NCBI GenBank assembly: GCA_964016885.1
Contig: OZ024757.1
Coordinates: 7,936,001 to 8,000,000 of the forward strand
Source: Eledone cirrhosa
Lineage: Eukaryota
Length of the DNA stretch: 64,000 nucleotides
Direction: 5' to 3'
The stretch's first letter is position 1; each line of letters starts with the position of its first letter. The notes beneath the pieces are model-generated. The model saw nothing but the letters and a program-made list of their open reading frames with translations. It had not been told where the DNA came from and searched no databases. This document shows, in pieces, positions 35,747 through 50,165 of this stretch. A program made the translations under genes and the position numbers.

Positions 35747-37630
35747 AATAATTCTTGAAAAATTCTTCGAAGTTCTGAAGATATATGACTGTGTAAGACT
35801 GATGTCGGTATAAGAAAGTGTAAGAGAGAGAGTGTGTGTGTGTTTGTGTCTTAATAAATGAGGATTGTTCACCACGGAGTGTAGTAAAGTACACAATATC
35901 TGCTGTGTTAACAATACAAATAATACATACTTTATATTTCAAGTCCAAGTGTAAAGTCAAGAAAGACCAGGAAAGCTAATTGTTCAGATGTTGGTGATTT
36001 AAACCTATTTCTCACTGTCCTGTAACATGTGGAACAACCAATTCACGATGTAATGTAGTTTCTCATGAAATGAAATATTTAATCATGTAGGAGATGGAAC
36101 ACCTACCCTGGAACATGTAGCTCACTCTATCTTATCTACAGAATATTAACTTTCACCTTAACATGAGATAATTGATACACAAGATATAATTAGATTAATT
36201 AAAGTTATAATTAAGATAGCAGGTACGTGGTGTTGTTGAGAATGTTTCCCCGCTCTTAAACAACACCGGTGTCATACGTTAAAAGTCCCTGACCTAATTT
36301 AATACCTTCAGAAAGACCTTCAGTTATATCAATTCACTCCATCAATTGTATCCAACCCATGGTAAAACAAGCAACATCACTCAGTGAAATATTTATTACG
36401 TATCAAAGAGGGTGTCTCTTACCTGGTTACTTGACATGGTAGAAATAGCAGCCAACACACACTCTAAAGTCTTAAAGTAAAGCAATTACACATTTCGCTC
36501 CTCGACAGGTTTGCGGTCGTGCCCTTGGCAGTAGGGACTCCCGGTGTCCTTGGCCCTAGGGCTACTTCCCTACCTACCAGCATAGAAACAGAGTTGACTA
36601 CCCGCAGAGAGACTCTTACCTAGTAGCTTGACGTGGTAGAAATAGCAGCCAAATATCATTCTCTACTATCTTACGGCAACAAAGACGATGTTCTGCTGTT
36701 TAGTCACACACACACACGTATGTGTGTGTATATATATATATATATATACACATATATCTATATGTGTGTGTCTGTATATAACTCCGTAGCTCTAAATAAA
36801 CATCGCCCTTATTCAGCAGTTTAAAACAGTGGAAGAACACACACACACACACACAGACAGACAGACAGAGAGAGAGACACTAGATGGGTACAGCTAAAAC
36901 CATTTCCAATATTTAAATAGATGCCTACTCGATCATACTAATCTGGGACTTGAATTATGCCATGGTGAGGTTGTCTCCCCTGGTAGTGTTAATTGTTTGT
37001 ATATATATTTATATCTCCATCTGTAACTCAATAACATTTATCATGGCTTGGCTTCGAGAACAAAGATTAAGAAGGAGTTGTTCTTCGTTGATTGCAGGCC
37101 TGCTTGTGGCTGGTCAGGCCTATGTAGGACAGGCGTGGCACAGCCACAGATGAAGGCCTGGAGAAGGGTTTGATAACTTAGTGTTGTGGTTCTTCCTCCT
37201 AGGTCTCTTGTCCTCGAGGGTGGCCCTGTGGGTGTTTTTCAAGGAGCAAACAGCATGGTTGTTGGTGAGACACCAGGCGTCCCATGTCTCAGCTAGGGTG
37301 GACCACCAGTAATGGTTGATGTGACAAGGAATTCTTTCAAACAGTCCTTGTATTGCTTCTTGGTGGCCCCCTGTCACAATGACCAGTGGAGTGTTCACCA
37401 TAGAGCATGATCCTGGGCAGATCCTTCATCCGGGAGATCTACCCTGCCCAGCTTGGTGTTGCACTCAAGGAGACGAAGGTGGTGATGTTAAGTGATGTGT
37501 TGCAAGACTCTTTCTGTGAGGCCAACAAGAGCAGGATCGTCTGCAAAGAAAAGGTCTCAGAGCCGTTGCTCCAGGGACTTTCATGTGGGCCTGTAGTTGA
37601 GGAAGATTAAACAGGCTGCAGGCAAGATGG

Positions 37631-39731
37631 TATAGCGAGGGAACTGGGTGTATGAATGTAACAAAACGAGACATGGTTTGTGTATATAATATTTAATTAA
37701 CGGTAGATAGAATACTTGACATGTCAAAGATAGATGTTAGAATGAAACAAAGTTAGTAGTTACCGTTTTGATTGCCAGGCAAACGCGGCTGGCAGAGGGC
37801 GCCTGGCTAAGGCCAGGCGCCTGTTGGCCAAATTAATGGCAGAGCCAAATGAGAAGACTCTTGACCTGGTGCCGAAAAGGCAAAGAGAGAGAGGAAGCTT
37901 AAAGTTGTTAGTTTTATAGGGCTCTGACCGGAAGTCGTAGAAAGGGTTCCACCTCCCGTCTAGATCCCAATCAAAACAAGGGAGACAACCGCTACATAAC
38001 CTCCCGCCAGAATTTTAGTGTATAAAAATCGAAATGAAAATATGTAGCAAGTTGGCGAGAATGTTGTAACAGGCATGAAAATTACGACAAAAGAATGTTT
38101 GGAAAAATCAATGATAGATATCAAGGTAGCCAACCGCTCTTGGCCAGAGAACGACTGGACATCCATCTATCCATCACCCAAAGATACAATGTAATAAAGT
38201 AAAAGTAATAGAAGAGCTCAAAGTTCAAAATATAGTTCACAGGTGTGCAATCACATGACAGCAGGAAAGAAAGTGTGTTCCAGAGAATGAATGCAGGTGG
38301 TTTCTGTTCTGTGGTATATCGTGAAATTTCCAACCTCCGAATGGATTTTCTCACAGGAAGAGTGCTGCAAAAATAAATTCTCTGGCTTTGGTGAAGCTGT
38401 GTTGATGTATTGCTGTTGCTGTTATATTGCTGTTGCTGCTGCTGTTGTCTCGCTGAGTGAGCGTATTCGGTGTTTAAATTCACAGTAAAAAAATTTTTTT
38501 TTAGAAAAAAATGAGTTGCGCAAAGTGCTAGAAATAGCAGCCGAAGTTGATGGTCGATGTTGAGAATGCGTTGACCTGGAAGGGTCAAGAGGCCAGCGAC
38601 CAGAGAATTAAGCATTCCCAATAAATGCGCGGTTATCAACGGTAAATTTACATTGTAAATTTATAAACCGGCAAATAGAAGAATATAGCTTAAGGCTGAA
38701 GAATCCCTGGTGATAAATGGCGTGCGGCTGTCTGTGAGTAGAGACATCTCAGTGAATCGAGAATTTATGCTGCCTACACGTGCCAATACAAGGTTGAAAA
38801 AAAATATTTCTAACGCGCGAGAAAATGATAGTGTAATTTTGAAAGTGACAATGATGAAAAAGAAAGGCTTCAATCAGCATAATTATTGGTGTGAACTTTT
38901 GGAAAAAAAAAGAAAAAAAAACTTGAACGATGAAGAAAACGATGAACAAAAGGCAATGGTTCATCGAAAATAAATGTTCCTGTTGAAATGTTTTTTAAAG
39001 AATATCAAATTTCTTTTTTTTGTGTGTGTTTTGAAAGAGTTCGTTGTAAGAAACGAGAAATATATATATATATCGTGAAATGTTTTTTTTTGTTTTGAAA
39101 GTGTTCGTTGTAAGAAACGAGAAACATATATATATATATTGGTGAAATGCGACAGTTAATTGATGCGTGAGAGAAAAAGTATGTCTGTGCGAATTCCACA
39201 TGTGCGTGTGTGCGTGTCCTTGAGTATTTTCATAGTTTGTCGCTAAATTTGCTGTGTATTCGTAATGTTACTCACAAAACCAGATGTGCTATTTGTTTCT
39301 TTTTTTGGGGGGTGACCCTTATAGCGATGAACGGCTGCGTGTTCGTATCACGTCAGGGTTACCAATATAGCGAGGGAACTGGGTGTATGAATGTAACAAA
39401 ACGAGACATGGTTTGTGTATATAATATTTAATTAACGGTAGATAGAATACTTGACATGTCAAAGATAGATGTTAGAATGAAACAAAGTTAGTAGTTACCG
39501 TTTTGATTGCCAGGCAAACGCGGCTGGCAGAGGGCGCCTGGCTAAGGCCAGGCGCCTGTTGGCCAAATTAATGGCAGAGCCAAATGAGAAGACTCTTGAC
39601 CTGGTGCCGAAAAGGCAAAGAGAGAGAGGAAGCTTAAAGTTGTTAGTTTTATAGGGCTCTGACCGGAAGTCGTAGAAAGGGTTCCACCTCCCGTCTAGAT
39701 CCCAATCAAAACAAGGGAGACAACCGCTACA
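37631..39731 (-). mobile_element. Non-autonomous gypsy-type LTR retrotransposon (2.1 kb)
   Basis: 366-bp LTRs at 37631-37996 and 39366-39731, identical by eye; 4-bp TSD ATGG; PBS TGGTAACCCTGACGTGAT (tRNA-Trp-like); purine-rich GGCGGGAGG before the 3' LTR; no intact gag/pol. Confidence 0.92.
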
Positions 39732-40036
39732 ATGGTATCAACATCTTCTGTGACCTGCTTGAACATCATGCTAAAGAGAGTTGGTGCTAGGACACAACCC
39801 TTCTACACATAGTTGATATTTGGGAAGGGTCCTGAAAGGTCACTGTTGAGTCTGACCTGACCACACTGGCCTTCCTGTAGCTGGATGACGATGTTCAGGA
39901 ACTTCAGGGAACAAATGAGTCATTCCATGATCTGCTCATTATATTGAATGATTTAGTAAAGTCAATAAACACCACATACAGCCCTTTATTTTGCTCTCAG
40001 CACTTCTCTTGGAGCTGCCTGAGAATGAACACCTTG

Positions 40037-42098
40037 TCTATGGTGTTGTTGTTGACTTTGTAGCTACACTGACTTTCTGGGAGGTGTTATTGTGATGTCT
40101 ATGGTGTTGTTGTTGACTTTGTAGCTACACTGACTCTCTGGGAGTAGTTATTGTGATGTCTATAGTGTTGTTGTTGACTTTGTAGCTACACTGACTCTCT
40201 GGGAGGTGTTATTGTGATGTCTATGGTGTTGTTGTTGACTTTGTAGCTACACTGACTCTCTAGGAGGTGTTATTGTGATGTCTGTGGTGTTGTTGTTGAC
40301 TTTGTAGCTACACTGACTCTCTGGGAGTAGTTATTGTGATGTCTATAGTGTTGTTGTTGACTTTGTAGCTACACTGACTCTCTGGGAGGTGTTATTGTGA
40401 TGTCTATGGTGTTGTTGTTGACTTTGTAGCTACACTGACTCTCTGGGAGGTGTTATTGTGATGTCTATGGTGTTGTTGTTGACATTGTAGCTACACTGAG
40501 TTCTCTGGGAGGTGCTATTGTGATGTCTATGGCGTTGTTGTTGACTTTGTAGCTACACTGACTCTCTGGGAGGTGTTATTGTGATGTCTATGGTGTTGTT
40601 GTTGACTTTGTAGCTACACTGACTCTCTGGGAGGTGTTATTGTGATGTGTATGGCGTTGTTGTTGACTTTGTAGCTACACTGACTCTCTTGGAGGTGTTA
40701 TTGTGATGTCTATGGTGTTGTTGTTGACATTGTAGCTACACTGAGTTCTCTGGGAGGTGTTATTGTGATGTATATGTTGTTGTTGTTGACTTTGTAGCTA
40801 CACTGACTCTCTGGGAGGTGTTATTGTGATGTCTATGGTGTTGTTGTTGACTTTGTAGCTACACTGACTCTCTGGGAGGTGTTATTGTGATGTGTATGGC
40901 GTTGTTGTTGACTTTGTAGCTCACTGACTCTCTTGGAGATGTTATTGTGATGTCTATGGTGTTGTTGTTGACTTTGTAGCTATACTGACTCACTGAGAGG
41001 TGTTATTGTGATGTCTGTGGTGTTGTTGTTGACTTTGTAGCTACACTGACTCTCTGGGAGGTGTTATTGTGATGTCTATGGTGTTGTTGTTGACTTTGTA
41101 GCTACACTAACTCTCTGGGAGGTGTTATTGTGATGTCTATGGTGTTGTTGTTGACATTGTAGCTACACTGACTCTCTGGGAGGTGTTATTGTGATGTATG
41201 TGGTGTTGTTGTTGACTTTGTAGCTATACTGACTCTCTGGGAGGTGTTATTGTGATATCTATGGTGTTGTTGTTGACTTTGTAGCTACACTGACTCTCTG
41301 GGAGGTGTTATTGTGATATCTATGGTGTTGTTGTTGACTTTGTAGCTACACTGACTCTCTGGGAGGTGTTATTGTGATGTCTATGGTGTTGTTGTTGACT
41401 TTCTAGCTACACTGACTCTCTGGGAGGTGTTATTGTGACGTCTGTGGTGTTGTTGTTGACTTTGTAGCTACACTGACTCTCTGGGAGGTGTTATTGTGAT
41501 GTATGTGGTGTTGTTGTTGACTTTGTAGCTACACTAACTCTCTGGGAGGTGTTATTGTGATGTCTATGGTGTTGTTGTTGACTTTGTAGCTATACTAACT
41601 CTCTCGGAGGTATTATTGTAATGTCTGTGGTGTTGTTGTTGACTTTGTAGCTACACTGACTCTCTGGGAATTGTTATTGTGATGTCTATGGTGTTGTTGT
41701 TGACTCTGTAGCTACACTGACTCTCTGGGAGGTATTATTGTGATGTCTGTGGTGTTGTTGTTGACTTTGTATCTAGACTGACTCCCTGGGAGGTGTTATT
41801 GTGATGTCTATGGTGTTGTTGTTGACTTTGTAGCTACACTGACTCTCTGGGAGGTGTTATTGTGATGTCTATGGTGTTGTTGTTGACTTTGTAGCTACAC
41901 TGACTCTCTGGGAGGTGTTGTTGTGATGTCTGTGGTGTTGTTGTTGACTCTGTAGCTAGAATGACTAACTGGGAGGTGTAATTGTGATGTCTATGGTGTT
42001 GTTGACTTTGTAGCTACACTGACTCTCTGGGAGGTGTTATTGTGATGTCTATGGTGTTGTTAATTCTGTAGCTACACTAACTCTCTGGGAGGTGTTAT
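40037..42098. repeat. 61-bp satellite (~34 copies) derived from RTE reverse-transcriptase coding sequence
   Basis: Unit GTCTATGGTGTTGTTGTTGACTTTGTAGCTACACTGACTCTCTGGGAGGTGTTATTGTGAT; the minus strand reads HLPESQCSYKVNNNTID. Confidence 0.93.
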
Positions 42099-42633
42099 TC
42101 TGCAATGGTAGGTACCGTCTGGTTCAACAACATCTTAGCAAGGATTTTTCTCATGACAGAGAACAGAATAACCCCCCAGTAATTTGAGTAGTCTGACTTT
42201 GCCTCTTTGTTCTTGTAAAGGGTGATGGTCATTGCACTACAGAGATCTTGTGGAGTTTCACATGTAATGCTGGGCTCCCATGTTTCAACATCTTATGTAG
42301 AATTCCTTCAACTCCTGCAGCATTGCCACTCCTTAGCAGCTCTATAGCTTTGGTGGTCTCTTCAATGGTGGACAAGTCATCCATGTTTGTGTGTTCATGG
42401 CTTGATTTAAAATCAGTGCTGTGAAAATTGAGACACTCATCCTCTCAAGGAAGCCTGCACCCTGTACTCTACATGTGAATGGAGTTCCACTGAAGCAAGT
42501 GAAGAAGTTCAAGTATTTCAGGGCCATGTCCACAAGTGATGGCTGAAAGAATATGATCACAAATACAAGTGGCCGAAATAGGGTCCTTGGAATAATGTTA
42601 TTAAATAGAGTGCATGCCTCATAGAGTTGCTTA

Positions 42634-42981
<348 letters not shown>

Positions 42982-43154
42982 AGTAATACTTGAAGTATAT
43001 TTAAAAGTTGAGAATTGATATTACAGTGAAGAAAATGTTTGTGTGTATGTGTTCTATTGAAACACTACTGTGTTGTTCTGGGCCTATCTCAGTAGAATTT
43101 CAAATGGTAGATGGACATATTATACATTTACTTTAATATAGATTTAAACAAAGA

Positions 43155-43370
43155 TGGTAGAATGGCAGAATTGGTAGAGCACCAGATAAAATATTATTGC
43201 AGTATTTGTTCTGGTTCTTAACATTCCCAGTTCAAATCCTGCCAAGGTCAAATAATTATTTCAACATTCTAGAGTTGATAAAATATATTACCAGTTAAGT
43301 ATTGGGGTTGGTTTAATCAACTTTGCTCCTCTCCTAAATCTGCTGCTCTTGAGCCTAATTTACAAACCAA
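43155..43370 (+). mobile_element. Degenerate tRNA-derived SINE
   Basis: TGGCAGAATTGGTAGAGC A-box, AGTTCAAATCC B-box, GTTGATAAAAT..TACCAG. Confidence 0.6.
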
Positions 43371-43669
43371 CAGAGATTTAACTAGTTTTAGCAAATAATA
43401 TTTGTTGCTTCATATTTCTTGAAACATTTCTTATAATTGACTGTGACTAGCAACAATCAGTAAACTATACCATCACTACCCCCAATGATACAAACCTGGA
43501 CAGTGTGGGAGAATTCTCTCTGGCATGGAGAACATTAGGTACCAGCTACCTTGTGGTCCCAAGAGAGGACAGAATGGTGAAAGGGGGTTACCCTGGAGGA
43601 CAGCAAGTGAGATGTGTTGAAATAGCTTTTAAAACCTGTGGGGCTTTCTCCTGTGTATGGACAATTCCC

Positions 43670-46600
43670 CCCTGATAAGAGTTAGTAGGAAGCTGGTATA
43701 GGGACCAAGTCTGACAATTGTCTCCACCACTATAGTTTAACAAGACACTCCTGTGTGTTGCTAACTCCACCCTGATAACAGTTAGTAGGGAGGTGGTATA
43801 GGGACCAAGTCTGACAGTTGTCTCCACCACTATAGTTTGACAAGACACTCCTGTGTGTTGCTAACTCCACCCTGATAACAGTTAGTAGGGAGGTGGTATA
43901 GGGACCAAGTCTGTCAATTGTCTCCACCACTATAGTTTAACAAGACACACCTGTGTGTGGCTAACTCCACCCTGATAACAGTTAGTAGGGAGGTGGTATA
44001 GGGACCAAGTCTGACAATTGTCTCCACCACTATAGTTTAACAAGACACTCCTGTGTGTTGCTAACTCCACCCTGATAACAGTAAATAGGGAGGTGGTATA
44101 GGGACCAAGTCTGACAGTTGTCTCCACCACTATAGTTTAACAAGACACTCCTGTGGGTGGCTAACTCCACCCTGATAACAGTTAGTAGGGAGCTGGTATA
44201 GGGACCAAGTCTGACAATTGTCTCCACCGCTATAGTTTAACAAGACACTCCTGTGTGTGGCTAACTCCACCCTGATAACAGTTAGTAGGGAGGTGGTATA
44301 GGGACCAAGTCAGACAATTGTCGCCACCACTATAGTTTAACAAGACACTCCTGTGGGTGGCTAACTCCACCCTGATAACAGTTAGTAGGGAGGTGGTATA
44401 GGGACCAAGTCTGACAATTGTCTCCACCACTATAGTTTAACAATACACTCCTGTGTGTGGCTAACTCCACCCTGATAACAGTTAGTAGGGAGGTGGTATA
44501 GGGACCAAGTCTGACAATTGTCTCCACCGCTATAGTTTAACAATACACTCCTGTGGGTGGCTAACTCCACCCTGATAACAGTTAGTAGAGAGGTGGTATA
44601 GGGACCAAGTCTGACAATTGTCTCCACCACTATAGTTTAACAATACACTCCTGTGGGTGGCTAACTCTACCCTGATAACAGTTAGTAGGGAGGTAGTTTA
44701 GGGACCAAGTCTGACAATTTTCTCCACCACTATAGTTTAACAATACACTCCTGTGGGTGGCTAACTCCACCCTGATAACAGTTAGTAGGGAGGTAGTTTA
44801 GGGACCAAGTCTGACAGTTGTCTCCACCACTATAGTTTAACAAGACACTCCTGTGTGTGGCTAACTCCACCCTGATAACAGTTAGTAGGGAGGTGGTATA
44901 GGGACCAAGTCTGACAATTGTCTCCACCACTATAGTTTAACAATACACTCCTGTGTGTGGCTAACTCCACCCTGATAACAGTTAGTAGGGAGGTGGTATA
45001 GGGACCAAGTCTGACAATTGTCTCCACCGCTATAGTTTAACAATACACTCCTGTGGGTGGCTAACTCCACCCTGATAACAGTTAGTAGAGAGGTGGTATA
45101 GGGACCAAGTCTGACAATTGTCTCCACCACTATAGTTTAACAATACACTCCTGTGGGTGGCTAACTCTACCCTGATAACAGTTAGTAGGGAGGTAGTTTA
45201 GGGACCAAGTCTGACAATTTTCTCCACCACTATAGTTTAACAATACACTCCTGTGGGTGGCTAACTCCACCCTGATAACAGTTAGTAGGGAGGTAGTTTA
45301 GGGACCAAGTCTGACAGTTGTCTCCACCACTATAGTTTAACAAGACACTCCTGTGTGTGGCTAACTCCACCCTGATAACAGTTAGTAGGGAGGTGGTATA
45401 GGGACCAAGTCTGACAATTGTCTCCACCACTATAGTTTAACAAGACACTCCTGTGTGTGGCTAACTCCACCCTGATAACAGTTAGTAGGGAGGTGGTATA
45501 GGGACCAAGTCAGACAATTGTCGCCACCACTATAGTTTAACAAGACACTCCTGTGTGTGGCTAACTCCACCCTGATAACAGTTAGTAGGGAGGTAGTTTA
45601 GGGACCAAGTCTGACAGTTGTCTCCACCACTATAGTTTAACAAGACACTCCTGTGGGTGGCTAACTCCACCCTGATAACAGTTAGTAGGGAGGTGGTATA
45701 GGGACCAAGTCTGACAGTTTTCTCCACCACTATAGTTTAACAAGACACTCCTGTGTGTGGCCAACTCCACCCTGATAACAGTTAGTAAGGAGGTGGTATA
45801 GGGACCAAGTCTGACAATTGTCTCCACCACTATAGTTTAACAAGACACTCCTGTGTGTGGCCAACTCCACCCTGATAACAGTTAGTAGGGAGGTGGTATA
45901 GGGAGCAAGTCTGACAATTGTCTCCACCACTATAGTTTAACAAGACACTCCTGTGGGTGGCCAACTCCACCCTGATAACAGTTAGTAGGGAGCTGGTATA
46001 GGGACCAAGTCTGACAATTGTCTCCACCACTATAGTTTAACAAGACACTCCTGTGTGTGGCTAACTCCACCCTGATAACAGTTAGTAGGAAGGTGGTATA
46101 GGGACCAAGTCTGACAATTGTCTCCACCACTATAGTTTAACAAGACACTCCTGTGTGTTGCTAACTCCACCCTGATAACAGTTAGTAGGGAGGTGGTATA
46201 GGGAGCAAGTCTGACAGTTGTCTCCACTACTATAGTTTAACAAGACACTCCTGTGGGTGGCTAACTCCACCCTGATAACAGTTAGTAGGGAGCTGGTATA
46301 GGGACCAAGTCTGACAATTTTCTCCACCACTATAGTTTAACAAGACACTCCTGTGTGTGGCTAACTCCACCCTGATAACAGTTAGTAGGGAGCTGGTATA
46401 GGGACCAAGTCTGACAATTGTCTCCACCACTATAGTTTAACAAGACACACCTGTGTGTGGCTAACTCCACCCTGATAACAGTTAGTAGGGAGGTAGTTTA
46501 GGGACCAAGTCTGACAGTTGTCTCCACCACTATAGTTTAACAATACACTCCTGTGGGTGGCTAACTCTACCCTGATAACAGTTAGTAGGGAGGTGGTATA

Positions 46601-47208
46601 GGGACCAAGTCTGACAATTGTCTCCACCACTATAGTTTAACAATACACTCCTGTGGGTGGCTAACTCCACCTTGATAACAGTTAGTAGAGAGGTGGTATA
46701 GGGACCAAGTCTGACAATTGTCTCCACCACTATAGTTTAACAATACACTCCTGTGGGTGGCTAACTCCACCCTGATAACAGTTAGTAGGGAGGTGGTATA
46801 GGGACCAAGTCTGACAATTGTCTCCACCACTATAGTTTAACAATACACTCCTGTGGGTGGCTAACTCCACCCTGATAACAGTTAGTAGAGAGGTGGTATA
46901 GGGACCAAGTCTGACAATTGTCTCCACCACTATAGTTTAACAATACACTCCTGTGGGTGGCTAACGCCACCCTGATAACAGTTAGTAGGGAGGTGGTATA
47001 GGGACCAAGTCTGACAATTGTCTCCACCACTATAGTTTAACAAGACACTCCTGTGTGTGGCTAACTCCACCCTGATAACAGTTAGTAGGGAGGTGGTATA
47101 GGGACCAAGTCAGACAATTGTCTCCACCACTATAGTTTAACAAGACACTCCTGTGGGTGGCCAACTCCACCCTGATAACAGTTAGTAGGGAGATGGTATA
47201 GGGACCAA
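43670..47208. repeat. 100-bp satellite (~35 copies)
   Basis: TCTCCACCACTATAGTTTAACAAGACACTCCTGTGTGTGGCTAACTCCACCCTGATAACAGTTAGTAGGGAGGTGGTATAGGGACCAAGTCTGACAATTG with exact 100-bp period. Confidence 0.97.
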
Positions 47209-47440
47209 GAACGCCAGAAATCTCCATTACTACAAGTTCAACAACAAACAACTAATACTTCAACAGTCTGTGATATTTTGTGACTAAGTTTTCATTTTTC
47301 TTGTTACTTTAGGGAAACAATGATACCACCAAAGTTAGTGGCCCTATAACCAGGATATTGTCAAATTTCTAAATTTCAGTTGTAAAATATACGAAGAGTG
47401 ATAGAATTTCAATGATTTTAAACAATATTGAAGTGTTTGT

Positions 47441-48158
47441 GTTAGATGTATTAAAACTACTTACAAGATGATATCATTACATATGGTGTTAATAACAGAG
47501 ATTTAGATAGGTGTTAGATGTATTAAAACTACTTACAAGGTGATATCATTATATATGGTGTTAATAACAGAGATTTAGATGGGTGTTAGATGCATTAAAA
47601 CTACTTACAAGATGATATCATTACATATAGTATTAATAACAGAGATTTAGATGGTTGTTAGATGTATTAAAACTACTTACAATATGATATCATTACATAT
47701 GGTGTTAATAGCAGAGATTTAGATGGGTGTTAGATGTATTAAAACTACTTACAAGATGATATCATTACATATGGTGTTAATAGCAGAGATTTAGATGGGT
47801 GTTAGATGTATTAAAACTATTTTCAAGATGGTATCATTACATATGGTGTTAATAACAGAGATTTAGATGGTTGTTAGATGTATTAAAACTACTTACAAGA
47901 TGGTATCATTACATATGGTGTTAATAACAGAGATTTAGATAGGTGTTAGATGTATTAAAACTATTTTCAAGATGGTATCATTACATATGGTGTTAATAAC
48001 AGAGATTTAGATGGGTGTTAGATGTATTAAAATTACTTACAAGATGATATCATTACATATGGTGTTAATAACAGACATTTAGATGGGTGTTAGATGTATT
48101 AAAACTACTTACAAGATGATATCATTACATGTGGTGTTAATAACAGAGATTTAGATGG
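47441..48158. repeat. 72-bp satellite (~10 copies)
   Basis: Same unit as 32600-33963. Confidence 0.95.
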
Positions 48159-48929
48159 CAAAATAACAAAAAGTTGAAGTTACAGACTTGATAAATTCCC
48201 TAAATATAATTCTTTTATTAACATCAAATAGAATGAAATTTAGGACATAATTACTATTTACAAAATTAATTATGAAAAATTAATAAATTGTTTACAAAAC
48301 AATGAAATCAATAAAAAAAAGGGAGTCAGAAAGAAAAAGGAAAACAGGTAAAACTACTCCTTCAATTACTATAACAGAGAATGTTGGTGTTACCCTCTAA
48401 AATTTCTGAGACTAGATACTCACAGCATTGCCTCAGGTGATAGAGGGTCCCTCCAATTACACACTACAACAGACAATGTTGGTGTAGGGCTCTAAAAGTT
48501 ATCAAAGCAGAGAAGACATTACCTCTGGTGATAGAGGGTCCCTTAATGACACACTACAACAGGGAATGTTGGTGTAGGCCCCTAAGATTTAACATAGCAG
48601 ACAAGACATTAATTACCTTATGTAATAGAGGGTCCCTTAATTACACACACTATAGCAGGGAATGTTGGTGTTGACAAACCAATGCTGAAATTTCTGGCAT
48701 AGATTTAAAATTAATTCAAAAAGTCAAGAATAGATCAGAGAAAGGTTTTAATTTCGAATGAAAATATATTTGTAAAAATGGCCAGCAATATTTGGAGTCT
48801 ATCAAACTGCCAAGTATTCACATTTGATATTGGTGGAAAATAAGTTTAGATTTGTAAGAGGAAGGATGTCTCATATTTCACAGTTAAAAACTTTCCTTCC
48901 TCTGTGTGTTTGTGTCTAAGTAATTGTTA

Positions 48930-50165
48930 AAGAAAAAACATTTCCAACATATTTCACTGTGTAAAAGGTTTTTCACCAGTGTGTGTTATTTTGTGTTTAT
49001 TTCTCACATATTTCAGTGATAGGGTTTCTCTACAGTGTGTGTTGTTTTGTGTGTAGTTAAGACATTACTCCAACTAAAAGATTTCCCACATATTTCAGTG
49101 ATAAGGTTTCTATCCAGTGTGTGTTCTTTTGTGTTTAATTAAGACATTACTCCTGCCAAAAGATTTCCCACATATTTCACAGTGATAGGGTCTCTCTCCA
49201 GTGTGTGTTCTTTTATGCGTAGTTAAGACATTACTCCACCTAAAAGATTTCCCACATATTTCACAGTGATAGGGTCTCTCTCCACTGTGTGTTCTTTTGT
49301 GTTTATTATAATTACTGTTACTAATAAAAGATTTCCCGCATATTTCACAGTGGAAAGGCTTTTCTCCAGTGTGAGTACGTATGTGGACAATGAGATCAGG
49401 AGAATTTGTAAAAGATTTCCCACATATTTCACAGTGATAGGGTTCCTCTCCAGTGTGTGTTCTTTTGTGTACAGTTAAAGAACGGCTTGTTACAAAAGAT
49501 TTCCCACATATTTCACAGTGATAGAGTTTCTCTCCAGAGTGTGTTATTTTATGTATATTTAAAGAACTGCTTCTTACAAAAGATTTTCCACATATTTGAC
49601 AATATTTCTCTCCAGTGTGTCTTCTTCTGTGAACTAAAAGAACAGCACTATCAGCAAAATATTTCCCACATATTTAACAGTGAAAAGGTTTCTCTCCGGT
49701 GTGAATACGTATATGTCTAACAAGATTAGCTTTCTCAGCGAAAGATTTCCCACATATTTCACTGTGAAATGGTTTTTCCCCACTGTGATTACATAAATGC
49801 CTAATTAAATTGGTATTTTGGCTGAAAGATTTCCCACATGTTTCACATTTGAAAGGTTTTTCTCCAGTGTGTGTTCTTTTGTGGTTAGTCAAGTCACCAC
49901 TCCAAGTGAAAGATTTCCCACATATCGCACATTGATAGGGTTTGTCTTTAATATGTATGTGTTTGTGTGTAGATAATTCATCTTCCGATGAGAAAGTTTT
50001 CCTACAAATCTCACAGCTATATTCAGGAATATTCCTGTGTAATGATCCTTGTTCAGTACATGTTTTACTAGGTAAAGGTTTCTCACCACTGTATGCCTGT
50101 GTAACTGTATCTATATTGGTAGAAACAGGTGTGGTAGAAATGTCCAAGTGTTTAACGTCCTCCAT
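48930..50165 (-). pseudogene. C2H2 zinc-finger paralogue with premature stop
   Basis: ATG 50165 (MEDVKHLDIS); TAA at 49674 within finger 5; a C-to-S change in finger 4; downstream fingers carry deletions. Confidence 0.82.

Larger units (their letters stand above)
31578..36153. repeat. Segmental duplication, copy A (copy B at 43317-50573)
   Basis: Same order of unique sequence, 100-bp array, 72-bp array, spacer, zinc-finger gene and intron. Confidence 0.93.
37030..42340 (-). mobile_element. Degenerate RTE/BovB-like LINE hosting an LTR element and a 61-bp satellite
   Basis: Minus-strand RT motifs NYWG, LPESQC, VFILRQLQEKC..FIDFTKSF, GCVLAPTLFS continue across both insertions; C-terminal GGHQ/WSTLA sequence at 37030-37630. 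Confidence 0.8.

Noticed and set aside
35747-35914. N-terminal extension MLTQQILC... of the zinc-finger ORFs (also 50166-50333)
   Set aside because: TTG start upstream of a pyrimidine tract and TCTTCAG acceptor; most likely intron.
38121-38973. ORFs inside the LTR element as gag/pol or cargo genes
   Set aside because: No convincing gag, RT or integrase motifs; at most a faint protease-like VDNRA relic that cannot be supported by eye.
43588-47251. Series of 65-66-aa ORFs (MVETIVRLGPY...) and CRISPR-like regularity
   Set aside because: These are frame-cycling products of a 100-bp satellite; there are no unique spacers, no cas genes, and the context is eukaryotic.
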